Origin: Vicugna vicugna
Taxonomy: Eukaryota
Direction: 5' to 3'
Assembly (NCBI GenBank): GCA_013265495.1
Contig: MU058009.1
Location: 1,738,001-1,798,000, forward strand
DNA length: 60,000 bases
Below are positions 27,455 to 38,816 of the stretch, piece by piece. A program made the position numbers and the translations under genes. Under the pieces are notes generated by a model that was not told the DNA's origin, made no database searches, and saw only the letters and a list, made by a program, of their open reading frames with translations. How positions within the stretch are numbered: the first letter of the stretch is position 1; the number at the start of each line of letters is the position of its first letter.

Positions 27455-29400
27455 ATATTGACCAGTGGAACAGAATAAAGAACTCACAAACAGACCCACA
27501 CAAATATGGTCAACTGATTTCTGACACAGATACAAAGGCAATTCAATGAAGAAAAGACAGCCTTTTTAACAAATGAAGCTGGGACATTTAGCTGTCTATA
27601 TGCAGAATAAGTTAAGTAATAAAATAATGAACCACTACATGTATCCCACTCCTAGGTATTTACCCAAGCACATAGAAAACTTACATACTAACAAAAACCT
27701 GTATATGAATATTTATAGCTTTATTCACAGTCACCAAAAATTGGAGCAGCCTCGACATCCTTCAGCAGGTGAACGGATGAGTAAATTGTGGCACATTCAT
27801 AAAATGAGTACCACTCAACGGTGGACCAGTACTCAGCAACAGAAAGGAACAAGGTATTAATTCACAACAACATGGGTGAATCTTCAGTGCATCTTGCTAA
27901 CTGAAAGAAGCTAGACCCAAAGGAGACATACTGTATTGGTCCATTTATACGACATTGTGAAAGAGGCGAAACTCTGCGGGTGGAAAGCGAATCCCAGTAA
28001 CTGTCAGGGGTTGAGGATGGAAGGACGGGCAGCTCAAGGGAATTTTAGGGGTGATGGAACTGACGGAGAAAGATGGAGTGATGGTGCTGTGCTCTGGAGT
28101 TGCTAGGTATTTGTCAAAAACGCAGAAGTGTGCACCACAAGGCATGAATGTCGCTGCATGTGAATTTTAAAACTCAACCCCAATTTCAGGGGACCCCAAG
28201 ATGGAAGGCAGACTTTGACCAGTGAAATTAACTGTGTTACAAAGGAGTGATGTAACCACACTTAAGGGCTGAGGAAGAAACATGGCCTAAGTAACTTTGG
28301 GAGACAGTGTTTTGCCCAGATACCATAAGGCTAAAAACGAAAAGAATCATAAACTCCGTCTTTTAGCTGGGTGAATGGTTTCTCCCAAGGGCATGAATTA
28401 GCAATTCTGAAATGAGTTCACAGGTGTACTATGGTTGAACAAATAAATTAAGGTATTGTAGAGAGTAAGTGCCAGATTTCTCACTGCTGGAGAAAGAAAT
28501 TACAAATAAGCCAAGAGGAGATGTTAGAAAGAATAAAATAGATACCCATAAGTCCATACTGAAGAAAGAAAGAAAAGAAGGAAGGAAGGATGAAACAGAG
28601 GGAGAGAAAATAAGAAAAAGATATGGGGGAGGGAGGGAGGGAAGAGAAAGGACAACTCGAAAGAAATTTTTCTCACAAACAATTTCAATTAATAAATGTA
28701 GATGAAGTGAGTGGAATCACCATTAGAGCACCACAGAAATTACTGCTCAAGGCGAAATCTGACTATGAATGCTAAAATTACTGAGCCAAAGAGTAAGGTC
28801 TCATGCTAATTCCCCTGCAAATACTTGCTAATTGCAAAGTATCTCCCCCATCCCCTGCAGATTCTTGTTAACTGCAAAAGGAAGGAAAAAGTGACTGTGC
28901 AGGGAAGTATCCTGGCCAACAGCACCTGGTCCAAGTGCTCAAGGTCAACATCACCGGTCATAAGACAGGTCATTGTCATGGGTCCTCCAAAATGATGTGC
29001 TGCAGGAGGCACCTCACATCTGCGTGTCCGTCCCCAAAATATACAAACCCTAGCTAATCATGAGAAAGCTTCAGACCATCCCACACCGGGACATCCCGCA
29101 GAGTAAATACCGCACCAGTGCTCTTCCGAAAAGTCAAGATCGTGCAACAGAAGGAAGGACTGAGTGGCTGCTACAGATGGAGGAGGCTAAGGAGCCCTGA
29201 CACGTAAGTGCTATGTAGGTCCTGGACTGGACCCGGGAGCAGGACAAGGACGCTGCAGGAAAACCGAAGACATCGGAGTAGTCGTAGTTTAGTTAATGGC
29301 GCTGTCCTAACGCTGCATTTTTATACTCACGCATGGCTGTGTAACGTGGGGACGTTAAGGGACGGGTACGCACGAACTCTCCCTACCGTCTGTGTGACTC
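27455..29400 (+). mobile_element. Old LINE-1 (L1MC/MD-like) ORF2 end and long 3'UTR pieces
   Basis: gaccagtggaacagaataaag...caactgattt...cccactcctaggtatttaccc... followed by 3'UTR-like sequence; subfamily uncertain. Confidence 0.75.
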
Positions 29401-30286
29401 CTCCTCGGGCTCAAGGGGAGGGAAACAGAAGGCAACGCTGGGTGTTTTACACATGGAAGGAGAGAAGAGAGCTACGCAATCAGAGAATTGGCATCGGTAG
29501 TGATCAACCCCACCCCACGTAAGGACGTGGAAAATTAATCTATTTCACGGAAGACGTTGATAGAAACTCAACAAGGAAATATGAGATTAGAAGTTAAAAG
29601 ACCTGGGTTCTGGCCAGGCCCTGTGGCTCACCCTGCAAAGTTTGACAAATTGCTTATATAATTACCTAGATAATGTCTAAAACACATTACATAGATAATG
29701 TCTAAAAGATGATTCTAAGAGACTCAGGTTTCTGACATGTGATTCAGTTTTCACCAAGTAAAAGATGCTGATAATAATAATCATATAACTTCCTGAAATA
29801 ACGTATTTAAATATTGCCTTGGAAAAATAGGTAATTTCTGTTTCAGATTCTGTTTCTTCATTTGAAAATTGAGTATGAATTTCTCTAGGGTCCCTTCCCA
29901 TCACATACGACCCTAAGTGCTACATAAAATATATCATGTAAATGTTAAAATAGTAGAATAAGATCCCATTTTCTACATACTTCTTTGACAGAAGTAATAT
30001 GTGAAAGCTTTATTAGCACCGATGACCGTTACAATAGCGCATGTATTGAGGCTGGAATAAAGTTTACCCCAAAGCACAATGTGAGAGGTGGGGAGAGGCC
30101 ATTCTCTTTACAGAAGCAAGATTTGTTTACAAAATTTGCAAAATGCAAAACCGTGGAATTTATATAACCATTTTCCCAGAGCATTAAAATGTGACCTCAT
30201 TTTAACGCAACAATCTAATGGTCCGGAGTTGGTCAGAAGCACCTCAGTTTCATTAGCTGATGTCAGCTGAGTATCCACACAGCACA

Positions 30287-30347
30287 TATGTGTGTGTGTG
30301 TGTGTGTGTGTGCGCACACGCGGGCATGTGTGTGTGTGTGTGTGTGT
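30287..30347 (+). repeat. Compound (TG)n microsatellite
   Basis: Two TG runs separated by cgcacacgcgggca. Confidence 0.95.
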
Positions 30348-30559
30348 ATTCGAGCAAGTAACTCTGGATTCTTTTTTGTGTATTCCACGTGTAAGGAAGC
30401 TGAATGGAGAGCGTGTCTGGAAAGGGACGACCTCCTTAGCTCAGGTGCACCCCAGCACTGGGCGGTCTTGGTGGGTGCCCACTTTTCCTGCCCCTGCAGT
30501 TGTACAAGAGCTTGTGAGCAGTCAGCATCAGTGTGTCCCTTCCGTCCCCGTCCCTGGTG

Positions 30560-30950
30560 GGGCAGGCAGGAAATGCCAGCCTCCTCACAGGAAAGCCTGT
30601 TGCGGTGAGATTTCCCGATTTACTTTATAAAAGCAAGAAGGCCAGATACAGGGGGAGATAAGCGCTCAAGATTGCACGTGCTTATCATCTCCGGGGCCTG
30701 GGCCCACAGCCCTGACCAGTTTCTCTGCTCGAGACGCTGGCCAAAATTCAGTTTGGTTCCAAATCGAAAGGACTGCCCAACTGAAAAATGTGCTCCGCCT
30801 CCACCCTTCTCAGTCCTTGCAAGGAAACCAGGCCAAACAACTCGCAGCCTTTTCACAGGTGTGGTCCTCTGGCCTGGGGAATTCCTAAGGGAATCAAGAG
30901 ACTGGCCCTTCGCGTGGCTGCACATTGCAGCCACCTGGGGGCGCTGCCAT
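30560..30950. promoter_or_regulatory. Candidate haemato-endothelial enhancer at about -15.5 kb with adjacent CTCF motif
   Basis: ETS CAGGAAATG 30567 and CAGGAAAG 30588; RUNX TGCGGT 30601 and TGTGGT 30860; GATA AGATAA 30656 and CTTATCA 30681; E-box CACGTG 30675; NF-kB GGGGAATTCC 30876; CTCF CCACCTGGGGGCGC 30931. Confidence 0.7.
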
Positions 30951-32590
30951 AAGATCGGGGTATCTGGTCCCCAAGCTAGTGGCCAAAGCGATGGTGTCCC
31001 TTGACTCTTATCCAGCTGACCTGCAAAATGTTTGGTGGATACACTGCTCCCTGGTTCTGACTTTTTTGCTGCTGGTGCTGCTAATATTAAAGGTTAGTGG
31101 AATGAAAAGGGTAGGGACTTCCATAGGACAGGACAGCCAGCAGAGGTGGCGAGCTGGGTTAGGAAGGGACAGGCGAAGTAGCTCAATGAAGATCAAGCAA
31201 GCCCCAGTCGCCACCCAGGCGAGCTCACTCTCCAGTCAGATCTGGGGGAAGGGGGTGATGGGGGCAGGAGGGGAGCACCACCCATGGGAAGGAGAGCCCT
31301 ATTTCTTTGGGGTCCACGCCAATCCACCGCTTCTCTTCCAGTCAATTTTTGTAAAACAGAACCAAAGCCATCGCCCCAGGAAGCAGCGCGCAGGCTACAT
31401 GGAGAGTGATGCGCACTCCCCACTGCTCCCAGCTGCACACCCCCAGTCACTGTGAAGCAAGGAGGATTCTAGAGTCAAACACTCAGTTCATTTATGTGCC
31501 ACTCCTAAGCCTGATCTTCTAAAAACAGAAAAAAGGATTTGGAATAAATCTGTGTGCCTCTTGCCCTCCAGCCAAGAAATCTATGAGACACGTTATTTCC
31601 CAAAGTCCAACTTAAAAATACACACCAAGAAAATGAAAACATACCCTCCACTTTTGATGTCTTATCTAGGAAAGCCAGGTTCCCTCAGAGGGACTCACAG
31701 CGCAGGCAGAGCGTCCCCAGTGTTTATTGTGCTAAGTGGGGCACATTGTTTTGTGTTCAACTGTAAAGTCCACTGAAGTGATACTGAGCGACCGTGCTCT
31801 CTCCAGGACCCCGCTGTCCCCTGTCCCCATCTGTCAAAGCTGAAGGTCACCAAAATAATAATAGTGACACATCGGACCAGCATTTGATCAGGCGAGTGTT
31901 TACATAGCATCTTTTTCCTCTAGCAGTTGGAAGCGCTTGGCGAAAAGCCCTTGAGTTCTCAAAAGACTCTCCTCCGACATCAAGGTGAGGACTGTTTATC
32001 CCCTTCCCACTCCCCCACTGCCCACACCTCCCTCCACGCCCGCCGTCCTCATGAGGAAACACGGGGACCATGGCAGGTCGCACTGGCATTGCCCAGCTCG
32101 ACTTCCGTCTGCGGTCTTCTCTTCTTTTTTAATTGGGGTCATCAAGGAAGGAAGGGGCAAAGGCTACGGCATCTATGCTCTGGCCCACACTGTTCCCGTC
32201 CTCCGCAGCCGGAGGGGGTCCACTTTTATTTCTGCGGCATTTTTCTCAGCAGCGTCCCAAAAGGTGGTTGCTTTCTGTTTTCACCGTGTACAGTTACCTT
32301 CTCCATCAAAATCACAATGTGGAGGGGCCAGCTGTCCCACTCTCTGCAACTCGGTTTTGCAACCTTTCATTCCTGGTTCATCTCCCCTCAACCTCTGATG
32401 GCAACTTCTTCCACAAGATGTCCTGAACTTGACGCTTGCTTGGAGTTCCAGTCTCTTTCCTCTTTTTTAGGATTGAGGAAGGCCAGACAGAGCAAAGTTA
32501 ACACAGTCTTTGCAAACTTTGCCTTCTCAGAGATAGCAAAGTGGTATCACTCAGGTCCTTTTTATGACCCATCCCCCCAGCCTTCGCAGA

Positions 32591-32614
32591 GGAAGGAAGG
32601 AAGGAAGGAAGGAA
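32591..32614 (+). repeat. (GGAA)6 microsatellite
   Basis: Counted directly. Confidence 0.95.
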
Positions 32615-33512
32615 AAAGTTCTTTCATTCAATCAGAAAAAAAAGTACCTGTCAGGGATCATACTGGATTTATGACAAAATTGTACTGTAGTTTTTAAACA
32701 GGAACAGGGACGGAGATAACCATAGATGAGACCAGTAACACACTCCTTAGAAGTCTAAAAATATACACAGGATTGCTTAATAAAATAAAAATAGTTAATT
32801 AACATCCATGAAGAGATAACTTAAGGGGGAGAGAAACTTGCTCAGGGAGTTGGAAGAATGGATCTAAAGTATATAAATATCTCGGGTCTTAAGAGCTCCT
32901 CTTTGCCTGAATTCGTAGTCCCATTCATTCTCCAGGGACCTCACCTCTTCAGCCCCCACCCTGGGAAACTGTACATACTTATGATTTACAGGTGGAAGGA
33001 GGGGTGAATCTGTTAGCTGGGGGAGGCCTCTTCTCTTACACCTGTCTGCATGGTCCATTTCTTGCCCCGGGCAACTCTCCATCCTGGCTCTGAATGTTCC
33101 CTATTTTGCATCTCACGCTACCATCCTCAGATCCTCTTTGACACGTGGATGATGTGTATAAATGTTCCTCTGTGTGTGTGTGTGTGTGTGTGTTTGTGCG
33201 CATGTGCGTGCGTGTTGGTATGTGATGGAATCAAAGGACTAACCAGGTCCCACGCATCTTGGAATCCAAAGAGCCTTCTGTCTGACTTCTTCTCCTGGAT
33301 TCTGTTCTGCTCACTGCCTCTATTTCCTGGACTTATCTCCCGGAGCACAGTTCCCGCCCCATCTCTCTCCTTGTAATTTCCAGGAGGTCAATCTAGGTTT
33401 GCAGCCTGTCAAAGGCCACAAAAGGACACAGATAATGAGAGATAAGGAGTCTGATACCTGGCTGGCTACGCTTTAAAATCTGAAATTGCTTGTTGAAAGA
33501 GCAGGAAGCAAC

Positions 33513-33544
33513 TTCCTTCCTTCCTTCCTTCCTTCCTTCCTTCC
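33513..33544 (-). repeat. (TTCC)8 microsatellite, i.e. (GGAA)8 on the minus strand
   Basis: Counted directly. Confidence 0.95.
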
Positions 33545-33811
33545 CCAAAATTGCGAGTGAAAGCAATAGAAAATCCACAGTGGACACTGAAACTCAGCGA
33601 GGTTTTGGACTTTTATCTGGGGCAGAGAGAACCCCAAAGGCAGGAATACTGCTTTCTACTTAAGGCCACATGTGGCCGAAAACATTCTGGATGCACAATA
33701 AATAGATACTGATCCTCATAGGAGGTTTTAGAAGCATTGAGTCAACACAGTCAATTCCCTTTTACTTGTCTGCAGAAACGAAATTATGGTAAAAGACTCT
33801 TCCCACAACAG

Positions 33812-34140
33812 TTGCTGTCGTCCGCTAGGGCTGCCCTAATAAAATACCAGCGCCAACAACCTATTTTCTCACAGTTCTGGACACTAGATGTCCAAGATCA
33901 AGGTGTTGACAGGTTTGGTTTCTCCTGAGGTCTCCCTCCTTGGCCTGCACTGTGTCCTCACGTGGTCTGTCTTCTGGGCTCCTCTGCTTGTAAAGACACC
34001 AGTCCTTTTGGATCAGGGCCCATGCATTTTTATCTCACTCACTGCTTTCAAGGCCCTGTCTCCAGGTCCATTCGCATTCTGAGTGGTGGCCAGGGCTTTC
34101 CCAGGGGAACGTTAGTGGGGGCACCACTCAGCTCCTAACA
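33812..34140 (-). mobile_element. MLT1 (ERVL-MaLR) solo LTR
   Basis: ctagggctgcc...ttctcacagttctgga...gtccaagatcaaggtg...ggatcagggccc...ctaaca. Confidence 0.85.
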
Positions 34141-36645
34141 CCAGCCATCAGGAACAGAACCAAGACTGTTGGAAACCAAAGGCTCTAGCCCTGTGAATTT
34201 GCTTTTGACTCGCATCCTTTCCCAGGTTAAATACTCTCATAGATTATTGACAGCACGCTCTGAGTGGAAGGTATCGCATGATGATCGAACTGTAGTCCTC
34301 TCATTTGCCAAATGAAGAAGCTGGTCTTGAGCGTCTTGCTTAGAATCATAGACTCGGGGATGGCCCGGCGTGGGCGAGGACGCAGACACTCCCCCTGCTC
34401 CCCCACTGGGTGCCTTCCTTGGATTTTGGTCTCCTGATCACTTGCTGCCCAAACTCTGGATTTGCAGCTCTTCAGCCCAAGGAAGCAACTGGGTACCTGG
34501 AGCAAGAAAAGCCCCGCCCCCTCTCCCTTTGGAAACAGCGGAGGGATAAGATGGCTTTCACGAGTCTTCCTACTCCTTTCCCCCAGCCTCCTCTCTTTTG
34601 TGCCTTCTTAGGGCAACTATTACCAATTTCAGCAGTTTTCTTCTGGTAAATTGAAGGCTCCAGGTGGCAAAGGGAGTTGGTCATATCCTCCTGGAGGATA
34701 AGATAGGCTGGGCCCCACTCCCACCCTACCCCTGGTCCCAGACTGCATGCTTAGGGCAGCAGGTATTCCCCCCATGAGCATCCATTACCCTCCCCATCCC
34801 CAAAACATACACAAACTAGGCTGGCTTCTGGGTCTCTGGGATCTGTCTGCAGCTCCAAAACCCTATCTGAAAGGCACTCCAGATTATTCTTCCTTTATTC
34901 TCAGCTCAGCTCTTTTCCCCCAGATCACCATGCATTTATCATTTGCATGATCCTTGGAGTGAACACCCATTCTGTCTTTTAAGATTATCAGAAGAATAGG
35001 AAATAGGACACGTGGTTGAGCATACCAGTCCACTTGTGCGCGTGCGTGCACACACACACACACACACAACCCTGAGGAACTTGGAGACAAAACACCTCCA
35101 TCCACTGACCACCCCCAGGGTGCTTGGGAAGAGGGATGATCGCCTGCTCCCTGGTTAAACCATTTCTGTAAAAATGAAGCCAATGCACCAGCACTGATCT
35201 CATGTACCCCTGCAAGTCAGAAAATGAATCAGTCTCCCTCACTTGGGCGAAATTGTCCTGGCAGTTCTTCCTTAATAACAATGTGATGGTGTCGTTTTTT
35301 GTGTGTGTGTGTGTATTCCCTTCTTTAGTTACTGGTCAGAAAGGAGGGCTTTTGCTAAATAATTGTTTCACTTCTTTGCTTCTCAGTTTCAGTGTGGACA
35401 CTGGGCAGCCAAACAAACCCAGCTCCTGCCTCCAGGGAGCCTGCAATCTAAGGATGGGAGCAAACCTCAGACAGATGTGTCTACAAAGAAGGAAGCAATA
35501 ACAACTTGGAAAACAGAGCAAAGAAAGAATCTAGAGAAAGGCTCTCAAGTGATCTCTTAGGAACCACCTTCAAGAAAAGGAAGAAAGAAGGAGCGAGAGT
35601 GGCAGGGAGGGAAGAAGAGAAGAAAGGAAGGCGGAGAGTGGAAACAATCTAGATGGTGAGGTATTAACTGGACAATTTCTTTAGTTTTCGTCTCCCCTAA
35701 TACAGCTGAAGAGTTCATTTTCAAATCTCTAGCTTTCCTAAAAGAAATTTGTCTTTACAATGCCTGACATCTGTGGAGGACTATTTATTATCTGATGTAG
35801 GAGCACCTTGTTTTATTCATGGCTGTGTGTTTATTCCCTTGGGGAGGGAGACATTCTCTGTAAGAATCCCAGGAACAGGAGCTCGGGGCCGAGGCTGGAC
35901 CTCCAGCCCCTGCCCCTCCCCGAGGCCTGTCTTGTTTTCCTAAGCGCTGGTCAGGAATGCGCTGGGCGGGGGCGCCTGGCCGTCAGCGCCGAGCCCCGCA
36001 GCCCCAGTCACGGTCCCAGGCTGGCCTTTCACCTTCCCGCTCTCCGGGCTGCTCTTATTAAGCGGCAAAATGTTTCAATATGTTGAGCTTTGGGGGAGGG
36101 ACGGAGAGAAAAATCGGGATATTGTTGAGAAGGAAATAATGAATAACCCGGCCGCCAGTCCTCATACCCCCCACGTGGGGAGATCTGGGCGATAAGTGTG
36201 CTTTCTCCAGAAATGGAATCCCAGCCATTGCCTTCTGGTCAGAAATTTCCAGAGCCAGTTGGGGGCAGGGGGGAGGTGGAGAAGAGGGAGCAGGTACTAA
36301 ACAAATTTTCCTGGTGTCCAGAACCAGAGCAATCAGAGATCTGGGGGCCAGAGAAAGAGGAGGAAAAAGTTTGAGAAAGTGAGGCTCATTCTCAGAGGTG
36401 CACAGAACTGTCAGTTTTGTCCTTACAAACCATCACACTCTCCACTCTTACCTGTCAGCTCTGCTCCCCTCTCCCCAGCACCCAACCCCACCCCAGCCAA
36501 GTTCAGCTGTTCTGGTCAGAAGCTGAGCCCCATTCAAGGCCAAGTCTAAGAAATGAGCAACGCTCCAAATTGCAAGAAGACACAAATCGGCAGACCCAGA
36601 AACAGCTCCTTAGCAAGAATGCTTTTAAATGTGTGTGCATTTTTA

Positions 36646-36763
36646 GGTGGGGGAGGGTAATAGCTCAGTGGCTGAGTACACACTTAGCATGCATGAGGGC
36701 CTGGGTTCGATCCCCAGTACCTCCATTAAAAAATAAATAAGCCTAATTACCTTCCCCCCCCAA
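36646..36763 (+). mobile_element. tRNA-derived SINE, camelid-type
   Basis: A-box TAGCTCAGTGG, B-box GGTTCGATCC, perfect 19-bp TSD at 36627-36645 and 36764-36782. Confidence 0.9.
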
Positions 36764-38777
36764 AAATGTGTGTGCATTTTTAAATGAACACCCCTTAATA
36801 TCATTGGTTCTCTGACACTTGCAATCCACTTTGCTCTTATAGACACTGCCTAGAAAACGTGAGTGAGAAGGAGGTATACATCTGGGGAGGACCAAATAAG
36901 ATAAAGGAGTAATCTTACAGGAGGAAAAATCTAAGGGCTTGAGAAATCAAAGTAGATGTCACTTGTATTGTTTAAGTGTAAATAATTATTTGCATTGCAA
37001 CTGTTTGAAACTATATATTCAGCTTAAAGAAGGCCCTGGTTTCCATGACTCCTCCTGGCCTGACAGGGCCATGTGCCTTCACATTTATGGTGGTTTCTAG
37101 TGATCCTTGACATTTCCTAGTAACGTGGGGAGGTTTCTGGAAAAGCAGTGGAGGGCAGATGGGTAGCTGTCTATTAAAACAATTCATCAGACAGCAGTTG
37201 AAATATTGATAAGAAAACGGAAATCAAATTAAAAGACGGGAAAAGAGAGAGGAAGAGGGATTGGGACTGACGGAGCTGGAGGGAGGCAGCGGAGAGGGAA
37301 GCTGCAGGAGGCACAGACTTGAGTGCCTCCCAAAGCCCTAAGTTGTGCAGGGGCTGAGGCTGCGTGTCTGGATACGCTGGAAAGAAAGGCAAACTTTGAC
37401 TCTGGGCAGCCAGCAGGTTCAACTCCGCTCTGTCAAGGATCGGGAATCTGGGCACAGAGGATCTGCACCAAGAGCTTGAACATCGTGGAGTTGCCAGAGT
37501 CCATCTCCTGCTGGTGGCGCAGAAAGGGGTGTCTGAGGTGGGTGTTCACGTTCCTGTGGGGTCTCTGGGACGATGCAGGGTCGCTTCTCTCAGTCTGGCT
37601 GCCTGCTCTAGTTTGCAGCCGGGAAAAGCAAGGCTTTCTGGGGCTCTTTCTCTCGTTCTCTCCTGGGCTTTCTCTCCTGCCCTTTTGATTTTTCCTCCTG
37701 CTCACTCTTCTTGCAAATTTCACTCCAAGTCTCAAAAAAAAAAAAAAGGGGGTGGCTGGGGAGGGGGGAGACTCTGGAGCAAGGGCGCCAGGGGAGAACA
37801 GTGATCGAGAATCTAGGAGACTGGAGAAACGGAGAAACATACCTGGTCCCTGAACTCGTGTGTCTGTTGTGGCTCCAGGAGCCAAAAAGCTGGAATTTGT
37901 TAGTGGAGAGAAAAGTGTTTTATCAGAAACACATTGGCTGCCGTAGAAGCTGCGCCCTGCCACGTTAGAGATGGTCTAAGGGAAGAAGTAAAGGAAGAGG
38001 AGAGAGACAGCCGCCAGACTTGGCGAGGTGGGAGAGATGCACGCAGGAGGCACCTGGCATCCTAGGGCAGTTTCTGTGCCTTCCAGCCTAGATAGTCAAA
38101 CCTCAGACCTCGCCTCCCTGCCATTAAAAATGAGGCTGCCTCATTCATTGTCTTTGTCTCTTCGGGGGGAAAACCTGTTTTCTTCCAGAAGTGGGTGGGG
38201 GTGCTCTGGAAAAGGGGCCTGTGTAGACCTCCTGAAACTTGAGCCAGGCGTCCTTTCAAAGCGATCCGCCAGCAGGGAAGAGGGAGGCAGCTGGACGCTG
38301 GTGGAGTCCTAGTGGTGGTGAGGAACTTAGGCAGAGGATCTGTGCCCAGAGGGCCCCAGCATAGGCAACTCCGTAAATATCTGTTCCTTGGGCCCTTGGG
38401 CTGCGTGGGTGAGGAGACCTACCTCTATCCTGGCTACGTCTGGCCAGGATGGCCCTGGTGTCCCCAGGTATGAAACTACCCAGGCCCTGGGGGAGACGCG
38501 TGTCTCCGATTACCTGTAGGTTACAGGATTGTAGGAAAGAGATCCAACGGCGTGAGCTGGCTCCCCCCACTATCCTTTAGGCTGAACCCTGGGGGAGAGA
38601 AGTGCAGGAAGGGCAGGGTCCAGGTGGATGGGCGCCTCTCAACTCGCCTTCCTCTCCCTTTGCACTTCCGCCTCACCACCCGACACAGCCTCATCCTTCC
38701 TCCACTCGTGAGTGACTGAGGTTTCTCCCACCCAGGTTGGTTCCTGGGCCTTCCTGACCTTTTCTCGCCAACCCAGG

Positions 38778-38816
38778 ATGTCTCAGACAGTCCCTGACAC
38801 GTCGTCTTACGTCAAG
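38778..38816 (+). CDS. FLI1: Putative alternative upstream first coding exon of FLI1 (MSQTVPDTSSYVK), ERG-like
   Basis: ATG with A at -3, in-frame TGA upstream at 38709, 13 codons ending AAG|GTAAGA (phase 0, like MDGTIK). Similar to the ERG N-terminus MIQTVPDPAAHIK. Confidence 0.8.

Noticed and set aside
31927..32697. 256-aa plus-strand ORF
   Set aside because: TTG start, runs through a GGAA microsatellite, no recognisable protein; more likely regulatory DNA.
36646..36730. tRNA-like A/B-box sequences here and at 2100-2180, 3335-3405, 7000-7060
   Set aside because: They are SINE heads with tails and TSDs, not tRNA genes.
10081..37242. 17-nt match aaattaaaagacgggaa at 10081 and 37226
   Set aside because: A-rich and short; plausible by chance in 60 kb, with no flanking similarity.
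1..38000. ETS1 exons, CRISPR arrays, viral or mitochondrial inserts
   Set aside because: No ETS1 peptide, repeat-spacer array, retroviral internal ORF or NUMT-like segment was recognised by eye.
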